From positions 27,792 through 91,791 of the forward strand of contig JAJEGI010000031.1 of assembly GCA_022819945.1 (NCBI GenBank): DNA of 64,000 nucleotides. Direction: 5' to 3'. Below the pieces are notes generated by a model that saw only the letters and a program-made list of their open reading frames with translations, searched no databases and was not told the origin of the DNA. This document shows, one piece after another, positions 38,103-46,656 of the stretch (position 1 is its first letter; each line of letters starts with the position of its first letter). The translations under genes were made by a program, and so were the position numbers. The stretch comes from Candidatus Poribacteria bacterium (GTDB lineage Bacteria; Poribacteria; WGA-4E; WGA-3G).

Positions 38103-41100
38103 ATGAAACAAAACATCAAATTTTTATTGGTTTTACTCACATTAGGTCTTTTTATCTCTTGTGCGCAGGCACCGCAGCAGCTGATTTCTGAGAAACCCAT
38201 CGCGCCGCCTATGGACTTAACGTCAGAAAAAATAAAAGATGCCATCGTCATGATTGAGAGTGAGAACGGATCTGGGACAGGGTTCTTCGTTGCGCCAGAT
38301 AAGATTGCAACGAACAGCCATATCGTTGCTCACACGGGGCCTATTTTTGTAAAGTCTCCTGACACGGAGAAAAATTGGGCGATAGAAGGTGTTATTGCGT
38401 ATGATGCCCAAAACAGCCTTGTCCTTCTAAAAATCGCCGGTGAAGGCACGCCGTTACCCTTAGGAAAAATCGAAGCAGTTCAAATCGGTCCGTCTGTCTC
38501 TATCCCAGGCTATCGCGATGGCGAATTCAAAGTCGTGGAAGGCAAGATACAAAGCATCGGAAAAAATAATAAATGGCTCCGGATAAAAGCAACGAAAGAG
38601 ACTGCCGGGAGTCCCGTGCTTAACAACAACGGACAAGTCATCGGGGTTATTGTGCCGTATGGTAGTTACGCGGTGCCTTCCAGCGCGCTTGCGGCATTGC
38701 TTGACTCGTCTATGCCAATAACACCTTTGGCGGAGTGGCAGCAGCGGGAACAGGTCCGTGCTGCGGCATACTACAGTTTAGGTGAAGAAAAATTAGGTGC
38801 CGAAGATTATACTGGCGCGATCATTCACTTTAATAAAGCGATTGAATTCAACCCTGAGTATGCTCGTGCCTACTATGAACGCGGGAGAGCACAAGCTTAT
38901 TTTGGTAACTATGACAGTGCGATAGCCTCCTGTACGCAAGCTATTAAAATAGATCCAGATGCGCCAGATGCTTACTTCCTCCGTGGAAGTGTGAAGGCTC
39001 GACTTGGTGACTATGCTGCTGCGATCATTGAACTTGATAAAGCCATTGAACTTGATACCCAGCATGCCGATGCTTACAGTAATCGAGGTGGTATAAAATA
39101 CAGATTGGGAGAGTCCGAATCTGCACGCGGGAATGCTGAGAAAGCACAGCGTTTATATGAAGCAGCGATAGCCGATTGCGATAAAGCGATCCAGATTGAT
39201 CCAGAGTATGCCCATACCTATAATTTTCGCGGGATGGCGAAATTGAAGGTTGATGATTATGAAGGTGCGGTACTTGATTTAAATACAGCCATTGAGATTG
39301 ACCCAGAGCAGGCTGATTACTACAACAATCGCGGATTGGCAAAATTCAAGCTTGGCGAATCCGAGAACGCACGCGAGAATACTAAAGAAGCACAGCGTTT
39401 GTATGAAGCAGCGATTGAAGATTTTACGCAAGCCATCAAGGTAAATCCAGAGGATGTTGATTTCTATCGTAACCGTGGTGTCGTGAAGTTGGCTTTTGGT
39501 GAATTAGAATTGGCCCGCGGCACTCCTGAGAAAACAGAAGCGTTATATGAAGCAGCGATTGAAGATTTTACGCAAGCCATCAAGGTAAATCCAGAGGATG
39601 ACTCAGCCTACAACCATCGAGGATTAATGAAGTTCAGGCTTGGTAAACCCGAGGCTGCTCGCGGAGATACTGAGAAAGCAATGGACCTCTACAAATCAGC
39701 GATCGTTGACTATACCCAAGCCATCAAGTCCAATGCAGATAATAACTTAGCCTATGACAATCGTGGGCTTGCGAAATCCGCCCTTGGTGACCTGGAATCC
39801 ACCCGTGGAGATGCTGAGAAAGCAATGGATCTCTACGAATCAGCTATCGTTGATTACACCCAAGCCACCCAGATTAACCCAAAGTATGCGGATGCCCATA
39901 GCAATCGGGCAATAGTGAAGTGTAAACTTGGAGACATTGAATCCACACGTGGTGAGGTAGAGAACGCACAAAGGTTGTATCACGAGGGCATCACGGATTA
40001 CGATAAATCCGTCCAACTGGGCACACCGGAGAATATTGATACCCTGACAGCGGACCGGGTACCCGAAAAAGCCAGAGATTCAACTGTGCACGTGATGGGT
40101 TGGGTTGGAGCTTCAAGCAGCTTTTATGGCGGTAGCGGTTTTTTTGTGGATACGGACAAAATTGCGACGAACATCCATGTCGTTGCCCAATCCGGTCCCG
40201 TTTTCGTCAAACTCAAGGATAAAAAGAAAATCTGTGCAGTTGAGGAAGTCGCTGCTTTTGATGCGGAAAATGATCTCGTCATCCTAAAGATTGCGGGTGA
40301 AGGCATACCGCTCTCCCTTGGTGATAGTGAAACGATTCAAGAGGGTGAACCTGTTGTTGTTGTCGGATATCCTAACAAAAAATACAAAGTCATCAAAGGA
40401 GAGATACATAGTGCTCCCAATAGTGGTGAATGGCTCCGGCTGAATGCTAATATTGGTAGTGGTGGTAGCGGCAGTCCTACGCTAAATAGTAGTGGTGGAC
40501 AAGTCGTTGGGGTTCATGCTGCTGGAAATGAGCATTACGGTTACGCGATCCCCTCAAATGTACTTAAGGCGTTACTTGCGCAGTCGAAACCAATGGAACC
40601 TTTGATGCAGTGGCACAAGCGAGAACTTATCCGTGCGTATGCCTTATTTGTTCAAGGACAGATGAAATATAATGCTGAGCATTACCATGAAGCGATAGTC
40701 GATTTTGATAAAGCCATAAATATAAACGCTCAATTTTTTTATCCTTACCACAAACGCGGAGACGCTCAATTTGCCCTTGGCAACTATGAAGCAGCGATAG
40801 CCGATTATGATAAAGCCAGAGAAATAAATGAGGGAATTTTCAATATTTACTTCGATCTCGGATTAGCGAAGTCCAAACTTGGGGATTACAAAGCGGCGAT
40901 AACTGATTATGATAAAGCTATTGAGATTGATCCAGAACATACTAAGGCATATAGTAATCGGAGCTGGACGAAGTTTAGACTTGGCGAATCCGAGACTGCC
41001 CGCGGGAATGCTGAGGAAGCGGAGCGTTTGTATGAAGCAGCGATAGAAGACGCTACGCAAGCGATCCAGATTAACCCAAAACATGCGGATGCATATAGTA

Positions 41101-41831
41101 ATCGAGGCACAGCAAAGTTTGGTCTTGGCGACCTTGAAGGCGCAATACTTGATTATAACAAAGCCATCCAAATCAATCCAGAGCATGCCAATGCTTATAG
41201 TAATCGGGGCTGGGTAAAGTTTAGACTTGGCAATCCTAAAGGGGGGGTACTTGATTTCAATAAAGCGATCCAGATTAACCCAGAGCATGCTGGTGCCTAC
41301 AAAAATCGGGCAAAAGCGAAGTTCAGACTTGGGGAATCCAAATTAGCACAGCGAGATATAGCAGGGACGCTTCAACTCTACGAATCGGTGGTTGAAGACT
41401 GTTCTCAGGCGATACAATTGATTCCAAGGGATGCTAATGCCTATAGCGATCGAGGAGGGACAAAGTTAGCAATCGGTGAACTGGAGTCTACCCGCGGGAA
41501 TACCGAAAAAGCCCAAAACTCGTATGAGGCTGCAATTGAAGACTTGACTCAAGCTGTCAAGATTACGCCGAAGTTTGCTTATGCTTACAAAAATCTTGGG
41601 AAGGCGAAATTCAGACTTGGGGAATCCGAGTCCTCTCACGGAAATGCAGAGAAAGCAGAAAAGTTATATCAGGCATCTATTGCGGACATGACCCAAGCCA
41701 TTAAGTTAGTTCCTGAGTATGCCGAAGCCTACTATCTGCGTGCGCAAGCAAAGGAGGCACTTGGACAAAAGGAAGCCGCAAAAGCAGACTTTGAGAAGGC
41801 TAAGGAACTAGATCCAGACGTCGGACAGTAA
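38103..41831 (+). CDS. Lipoprotein: two trypsin-like protease modules each with long TPR arrays
   Basis: Lipobox FISC. Module 1 has TNSHIV / QNSLVLLK / ETAGSPV, module 2 has TNIHVV / ENDLVILK / GGSGSPT. More than 20 TPR-like units. GGGAGG RBS before ATG 38103. Confidence 0.8.
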   Translation: MKQNIKFLLVLLTLGLFISCAQAPQQLISEKPIAPPMDLTSEKIKDAIVMIESENGSGTGFFVAPDKIATNSHIVAHTGPIFVKSPDTEKNWAIEGVIAYDAQNSLVLLKIAGEGTPLPLGKIEAVQIGPSVSIPGYRDGEFKVVEGKIQSIGKNNKWLRIKATKETAGSPVLNNNGQVIGVIVPYGSYAVPSSALAALLDSSMPITPLAEWQQREQVRAAAYYSLGEEKLGAEDYTGAIIHFNKAIEFNPEYARAYYERGRAQAYFGNYDSAIASCTQAIKIDPDAPDAYFLRGSVKARLGDYAAAIIELDKAIELDTQHADAYSNRGGIKYRLGESESARGNAEKAQRLYEAAIADCDKAIQIDPEYAHTYNFRGMAKLKVDDYEGAVLDLNTAIEIDPEQADYYNNRGLAKFKLGESENARENTKEAQRLYEAAIEDFTQAIKVNPEDVDFYRNRGVVKLAFGELELARGTPEKTEALYEAAIEDFTQAIKVNPEDDSAYNHRGLMKFRLGKPEAARGDTEKAMDLYKSAIVDYTQAIKSNADNNLAYDNRGLAKSALGDLESTRGDAEKAMDLYESAIVDYTQATQINPKYADAHSNRAIVKCKLGDIESTRGEVENAQRLYHEGITDYDKSVQLGTPENIDTLTADRVPEKARDSTVHVMGWVGASSSFYGGSGFFVDTDKIATNIHVVAQSGPVFVKLKDKKKICAVEEVAAFDAENDLVILKIAGEGIPLSLGDSETIQEGEPVVVVGYPNKKYKVIKGEIHSAPNSGEWLRLNANIGSGGSGSPTLNSSGGQVVGVHAAGNEHYGYAIPSNVLKALLAQSKPMEPLMQWHKRELIRAYALFVQGQMKYNAEHYHEAIVDFDKAININAQFFYPYHKRGDAQFALGNYEAAIADYDKAREINEGIFNIYFDLGLAKSKLGDYKAAITDYDKAIEIDPEHTKAYSNRSWTKFRLGESETARGNAEEAERLYEAAIEDATQAIQINPKHADAYSNRGTAKFGLGDLEGAILDYNKAIQINPEHANAYSNRGWVKFRLGNPKGGVLDFNKAIQINPEHAGAYKNRAKAKFRLGESKLAQRDIAGTLQLYESVVEDCSQAIQLIPRDANAYSDRGGTKLAIGELESTRGNTEKAQNSYEAAIEDLTQAVKITPKFAYAYKNLGKAKFRLGESESSHGNAEKAEKLYQASIADMTQAIKLVPEYAEAYYLRAQAKEALGQKEAAKADFEKAKELDPDVGQ

Positions 41832-42008
41832 CGCTGGACAATAAAATTAGAGGTATCCATTATGGCTTTGTATCCAAACGCCCAATGGTACAAGGAAAAT
41901 AGGCTTTTGGAGTAAAGGTGGGTAAAATGGAACGTCTTGCATACGGAAACACCGGACTCGAAATCTCCCGGTTTCTACCTTGAGGTGGGCCCTCCCAATA
42001 AGGTAATC

Positions 42009-43148
42009 TTATTCGTTAAGACTCTGTGGGTCCATATCGAGGGGATTATCTGCCTCAAATACACGCTGTGCCGCAGCGGGTAGTTTTCCTTGGGCCGCGG
42101 CCTGTTCCACCCAATGGGTCGGAATGCCATTTGTCCATTTGGCTGGATCTGCTTCTGAGTCGGGCGTTCGATACGCCATAAGCAGTCCCCATCGGGTCGG
42201 CATCCCTGGCTTCCGATAGCCAACATAATGCGGCATGTGATGGACAAACGAAACCATGCTTCCGGGCGGTAGTGAGAGGTGTACGATTTCCAACGGCTTC
42301 CCTGTGAAAGCGTGAATTTTGCCTTTCAGCCAGCCCGCTTTCATGGCAGCGTCATCATCGGGTCGTTCCGTGCTCCATTTGTACGGAATCCGATAAAGAT
42401 GTGCACCGGGGATAATCGCAAGTTCGCCGCCATCCTCAATAGTTGCACCTTCTGGATAGCACAGCGTCCGAATACACTGCCGTTGTAGAAAATCAGGGGT
42501 AAAGGCGTGTCCAGTCCCAATCGGGTCCTCAACTTCGTACTGTCCCTCCCGATACTGGTGTGCATGCCACCGGCGCCCTTTTGAACCCGGTGCCCGGTTG
42601 AGCATGAAGCAGTGATCGAGTATAAATCGGTCTCCGAAAAGTTTCCTGAAGAGTGCCACCATCTGCGGATGAGCAGACGTCACATCCATTATAAAGTCGT
42701 CGTATCCTGCAGGAAAGTATTCCGGCATGACACCTTGTGACTTGAACCCATGTGTGACCAACGCGTTGCCCGGTCCGAACAGCCCCTGAGTATGCATATA
42801 TTGACGCAACTCAGCGGTTCTGAGGAAACTGGGCATTTGCTCTGAACCACCGCAGCACGCCGACAAAAACGCTGGCGCAATTTGTTCTGGCAAAGGCTGC
42901 GGAAACCCCCGTGCCTCAAAGTCGATAGCATTCCACTCCGTATCCATGAGGATCGCATCGTTCATCTGTTGTAACTTCTGTAAGCTGGCTGTCCACTGCT
43001 TACGGGCAGCATCCGTTAGTATCCCTTCCCACACCCAATATCCATCGTGCTCAAACGCAGTCCGGTCAAACGCTTCAAGGACTTCCAACTTCAACAGGTT
43101 GTCCACACGATTTTCCGGGGACTCGTTGTGTGTCGATAAAGTATCCAT
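42009..43148 (-). CDS. PhyH-like Fe(II)/2-oxoglutarate oxygenase superfamily protein (divergent)
   Basis: Overall PhyH-like layout (ILDHCFMLNRAPGSKGRRWHAHQY ... GSMVSFVHHMPHYV), but the usual WHxD reads WHAH. Call is tentative. Confidence 0.5.
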   Translation of the reverse strand: MDTLSTHNESPENRVDNLLKLEVLEAFDRTAFEHDGYWVWEGILTDAARKQWTASLQKLQQMNDAILMDTEWNAIDFEARGFPQPLPEQIAPAFLSACCGGSEQMPSFLRTAELRQYMHTQGLFGPGNALVTHGFKSQGVMPEYFPAGYDDFIMDVTSAHPQMVALFRKLFGDRFILDHCFMLNRAPGSKGRRWHAHQYREGQYEVEDPIGTGHAFTPDFLQRQCIRTLCYPEGATIEDGGELAIIPGAHLYRIPYKWSTERPDDDAAMKAGWLKGKIHAFTGKPLEIVHLSLPPGSMVSFVHHMPHYVGYRKPGMPTRWGLLMAYRTPDSEADPAKWTNGIPTHWVEQAAAQGKLPAAAQRVFEADNPLDMDPQSLNE

Positions 43149-43197
43149 TCACTTCTCCTTTGGCACAGAAGATGATATTTTAACGCAAGTGTCATTA

Positions 43198-44739
43198 TTA
43201 GGAGTTTACTCCTACTCGGAACGCGTATAGTTTTGCTCGATTCAGGACAAAACGGAGTCGCAGGGGTTGTGTGGCATCCGCTAATGTCGCCGATTTCCAT
43301 CGCACTGAGTGTCGGACATTATCTCCCGTCAACAGCACACAATCATCAATCGAAAATCCAGGTTGAACCTGTCCATCCGCCGTTAGCACTTCAACACCGA
43401 TTTGACCTCCGCTCGCATCTGCGTTAATTTCAAACCCCCCGTCCGGAAGCTGCAACGGGACGGTTTCAACGACACCTTCCTCCGCCTCAGCATCAAGTGA
43501 GACGAAACCGTCTAACCGCCATTTCGCAAGCCCAATTGCCTTGTGTCTGTCCCTCATTTGGGCACCGTGGGTGTGTTCCGTTCCTGTATAGTACCAGCGA
43601 ATTTCATCGTCAGTGATAACCGGTTCGATGGCAGTTCCCATAACCATACCAGTATCGAATGTGCCGCGCTCACCGCGTGGAATAATCGGGGTTCGGTCCG
43701 AATCCGGATACTCCCAATTGAATCCGTCCCGACTACAAACGAGTTGTGCATCAATCGGTCCATCAACCGGGATTTCATGTTCCGCTGCACCCGGTCCCGT
43801 CACATACAACACACCGGGGATACCGATGTAGATGTTGTGATAGAGGAAGCCTGACATGTTGTGGATTTCAGCACGATCTGCACCGTATCTCTGGACACCA
43901 ACTGCGTCATCCGCATCCGTTGCACCGAACATCGGTTCGAGCGGTTTCCAGGGTCCCTCAAGACGCGGACTTTCGGTATATGCAATCATACGTCGTGCGT
44001 CTTTATCGTTTCCACGTATGAGGGCATACGCGCGGAATAGGTCTGTTTTGTTATCATAGATGACGTTGAACGCCCCTTCGTTTTCCCGATCTGCAATCGG
44101 TTCAAGGAAATCTGAGTCGTCCCATCGGATGCCATCGGGTGACATGAGCAGGAAGATGTTGCGATACCGTCTACAAAAACCGATCATTTTATACCGTCTC
44201 TGCGGATCCGATTCGTCGTCATCGCGGAAGACACACGCGCCGTGTAAGTCCCACACAATATTGTTATTTGGGTTTCCGTTGAATTCAAAGAGACCGAGGT
44301 TCGGTTTCGTCCATGTCAAGCCATCATCGCTCTCTGCATAGCAAGTGAGATCGCCGCGATCGTTCTCAACAAATTTCCGTCCGTAAGCATCGTGCGTTTG
44401 TCCTCTATATGTTGACGGATTTCGATCAGGACGTGGGACATAGAGTCCCGGAATCTCGTTCGCTTCAAACCGCCAATGCGGTCCCATCCGACACATGTAC
44501 CACATCCGATATTTTCCGTACGCTGCATCGTACAGCGTGGTGCCGTAGAGGTGTACGCGTCTGGACTGGTCGGGTCCGCCGTGTTCCCACGGATTATCGG
44601 GATCCGGTTCAAGGACGGGGACATCGTGCTTCACACACTGATGCAGGGTGCGCGTCACGCCGCGTTTAGAAGCAATTAGCAGGTCGTCAACGAACAACTC
44701 TGTGCCGGTGTCAAGTGTATGGAGAGTATTTGAATTCAC
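43198..44739 (-). CDS. Beta-propeller glycoside-hydrolase-like protein (GH32/43/130-type fold)
   Basis: Recurrent blade-like blocks (YRMWYM, AESDDGLTWTKP, LLMSPDGIRWDD, VCSRDGFNWEY, IRWYYTG) are typical of five-bladed propeller hydrolases. Family not resolved. Confidence 0.45.
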   Translation of the reverse strand: MNSNTLHTLDTGTELFVDDLLIASKRGVTRTLHQCVKHDVPVLEPDPDNPWEHGGPDQSRRVHLYGTTLYDAAYGKYRMWYMCRMGPHWRFEANEIPGLYVPRPDRNPSTYRGQTHDAYGRKFVENDRGDLTCYAESDDGLTWTKPNLGLFEFNGNPNNNIVWDLHGACVFRDDDESDPQRRYKMIGFCRRYRNIFLLMSPDGIRWDDSDFLEPIADRENEGAFNVIYDNKTDLFRAYALIRGNDKDARRMIAYTESPRLEGPWKPLEPMFGATDADDAVGVQRYGADRAEIHNMSGFLYHNIYIGIPGVLYVTGPGAAEHEIPVDGPIDAQLVCSRDGFNWEYPDSDRTPIIPRGERGTFDTGMVMGTAIEPVITDDEIRWYYTGTEHTHGAQMRDRHKAIGLAKWRLDGFVSLDAEAEEGVVETVPLQLPDGGFEINADASGGQIGVEVLTADGQVQPGFSIDDCVLLTGDNVRHSVRWKSATLADATQPLRLRFVLNRAKLYAFRVGVNS

Positions 44740-44814
44740 GCTATTTTCCTCTATTAGGGTGTAGTTAGCACTATCTGTAGAACAGGTTATACTTTTCGTG
44801 TTAAATAATTCGTC

Positions 44815-46656
44815 TTAATCGCCTGCCCATAACTTCCGCATCTCTTCGGAGGCAGCGAGCAGTTCGTCCAACGTTCCGACTGCTTCAACGCGACCCTCTT
44901 TTAGAACAACGATCTGATCCGCTCGTCGCAGCGCAGGTCGTCGATGCGAAACAACGAGACAGGTTGTCCGTCTTGTCTCAAAAAGGCGTTCCCACAAAAT
45001 CTGTTCCGTCTCCACATCGAGTCCAGATGAAAGATCATCGAAAACGAGTAATTCCGAGTCTCGGACAAACATTCGGGCCGCTGCGGTGCGCTGCATCTGC
45101 CCGCCTGACAACTTGACCCCACGCGGACCAACAACCGTTTCAAGACCGTCTTCAAGCGTCGGTAGGTCTTTCTCCATAACACCGAGCCGAATCGCCCGAT
45201 TCAGGTCGTCCCAGTTCCACGGCGTACCCATGAGAATGTTAGCACTCAGTTTTTCGCTGAAAAGTTTCGGTGTTTGCGGTGTATACGCGCAACGCGGCGG
45301 AACGAAAAACGATTTCGGATCCTCAACAATTTCGCCATTCCAGCGGATCTCGCCTGCCTGTTTCGGCAGGACACCTAAGAGTGTTTGCACCAGTGTCGTT
45401 TTGCCTGAGCCGATCTGTCCCGTAACAACGGTGAACGAACCCGCTGGAATTTTCAAATCTATGTCAGCAATCCCCACTGTTTCGCTATCGTAGCGGTAGG
45501 TGAGTCCAGAAACGGTAAGTTCATCCAACCGATCTGTCTCGGTCCGTTGCGGGATAACGAGCGGTGGTTGATTCTCTCGCAGATATACCGGTGTGTGTTC
45601 AACTAATTTCTCCTCCGGCATCTCATCAACAGTCTGTTCCATACGCGAGAACGAAACCTCTGCCCGTTTGTGCTGTGCCATTATACTGCCGACGAGCGAT
45701 CCGCTTCTCGCAACCTCGCCGATATACGTCGTAAAAAGCGCGAAATCTCCGACTGAAAACGCGCCTGCCTTCATCTGTTCAGCAATCAGAATTAAAACAA
45801 TACCTGTCGCGAGGGTGTTGATATTGAAACTAATGGATCTCAAGACTTGATTAAACACGTTATCCACCACAGTCGCCTTGCGGCGCGCATGGTTGAGTTT
45901 CTGAAAATGGGTGATCACATTCGACTCTGTTCGCGCAACCTTCACCGCCAAGATCGACTGGAACAGTTCGTTAACGAAGTTCGTTGACTGTTCTGTCGTG
46001 ATACGCTGTGCCGTACGATACCGCTGAATGAATCGCCTTGACACATTGACAACCGTGATAATCAGAATAGATGGGATCACCGTGATTACTGTCACCGCTA
46101 CATTGATCCGAGCCATCCAGGTGATTGCCAAAATCGCGAAGATAAGATTGCCCCATAGGTGGATGTACTGTTCCAGATAACTCAAAATCGCCTGAACGTC
46201 GTCTCGCAGCCGATTCGTCACTTCGCCAGAAGCGGTTGAGACCTTATGCGGTGCCGACATGTTCATGATCGCTGTCATCAGGTTTTTTCGGAGCAGCGTT
46301 GAAACAGCATAACGCCAGCGCGCCCATACGAATGCTGACGAGATGAGAACCCCTCTATCACTAAGATGCGCGACAACGAAGAGGGCAACAAAGGTCCAAG
46401 GATTCAGTCCCGCACCTGGACCGCCAGTGACAGGATCAAGCGTATCAAAGAATGCCTTCCGAATAGGGCCGTCAGCGAACGGTATTAGGTCGTCTAATGC
46501 CCAACCCGCGACAGGATCAAGCGCATCAAAAAACGCTTTCCGAATAAGTCCATCAGCGAACGGCATTAGGTCGTCCAACCCTCGAAAAAAAATAGTGCCC
46601 AGGAAAAGGAGTGGACGGTAACGGATGAGGCGAATTGAGGCTTGGCCTGTTGTCAT
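44815..46656 (-). CDS. ABC exporter, fused permease/ATPase subunit (heterodimer partner 2)
   Basis: Walker [10 protein letters not shown], signature LSGGQMQR and Walker B LLVFDD. Six-TM-type N-terminal half containing a 27-aa tandem duplication. Confidence 0.9.
   Translation of the reverse strand: MTTGQASIRLIRYRPLLFLGTIFFRGLDDLMPFADGLIRKAFFDALDPVAGWALDDLIPFADGPIRKAFFDTLDPVTGGPGAGLNPWTFVALFVVAHLSDRGVLISSAFVWARWRYAVSTLLRKNLMTAIMNMSAPHKVSTASGEVTNRLRDDVQAILSYLEQYIHLWGNLIFAILAITWMARINVAVTVITVIPSILIITVVNVSRRFIQRYRTAQRITTEQSTNFVNELFQSILAVKVARTESNVITHFQKLNHARRKATVVDNVFNQVLRSISFNINTLATGIVLILIAEQMKAGAFSVGDFALFTTYIGEVARSGSLVGSIMAQHKRAEVSFSRMEQTVDEMPEEKLVEHTPVYLRENQPPLVIPQRTETDRLDELTVSGLTYRYDSETVGIADIDLKIPAGSFTVVTGQIGSGKTTLVQTLLGVLPKQAGEIRWNGEIVEDPKSFFVPPRCAYTPQTPKLFSEKLSANILMGTPWNWDDLNRAIRLGVMEKDLPTLEDGLETVVGPRGVKLSGGQMQRTAAARMFVRDSELLVFDDLSSGLDVETEQILWERLFETRRTTCLVVSHRRPALRRADQIVVLKEGRVEAVGTLDELLAASEEMRKLWAGD
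46429..46590 (-). repeat. 81-nt in-frame tandem duplication (2 copies) inside the ABC exporter gene
   Basis: Units starting at 46429 and 46510 are highly similar at nt level. They encode [27 protein letters not shown] and [27 protein letters not shown]. Confidence 0.8.

Noticed and set aside
34330-41831. Strong sequence periodicity that could superficially resemble a repeat array or CRISPR. The same applies to the WD40 gene at 21342..23249.
   Set aside because: The periodicity is 102/144 nt (TPR) or about 126 nt (WD40), lies entirely within long ORFs and is conserved at the protein level. There is no short direct repeat/spacer structure and there are no cas genes.
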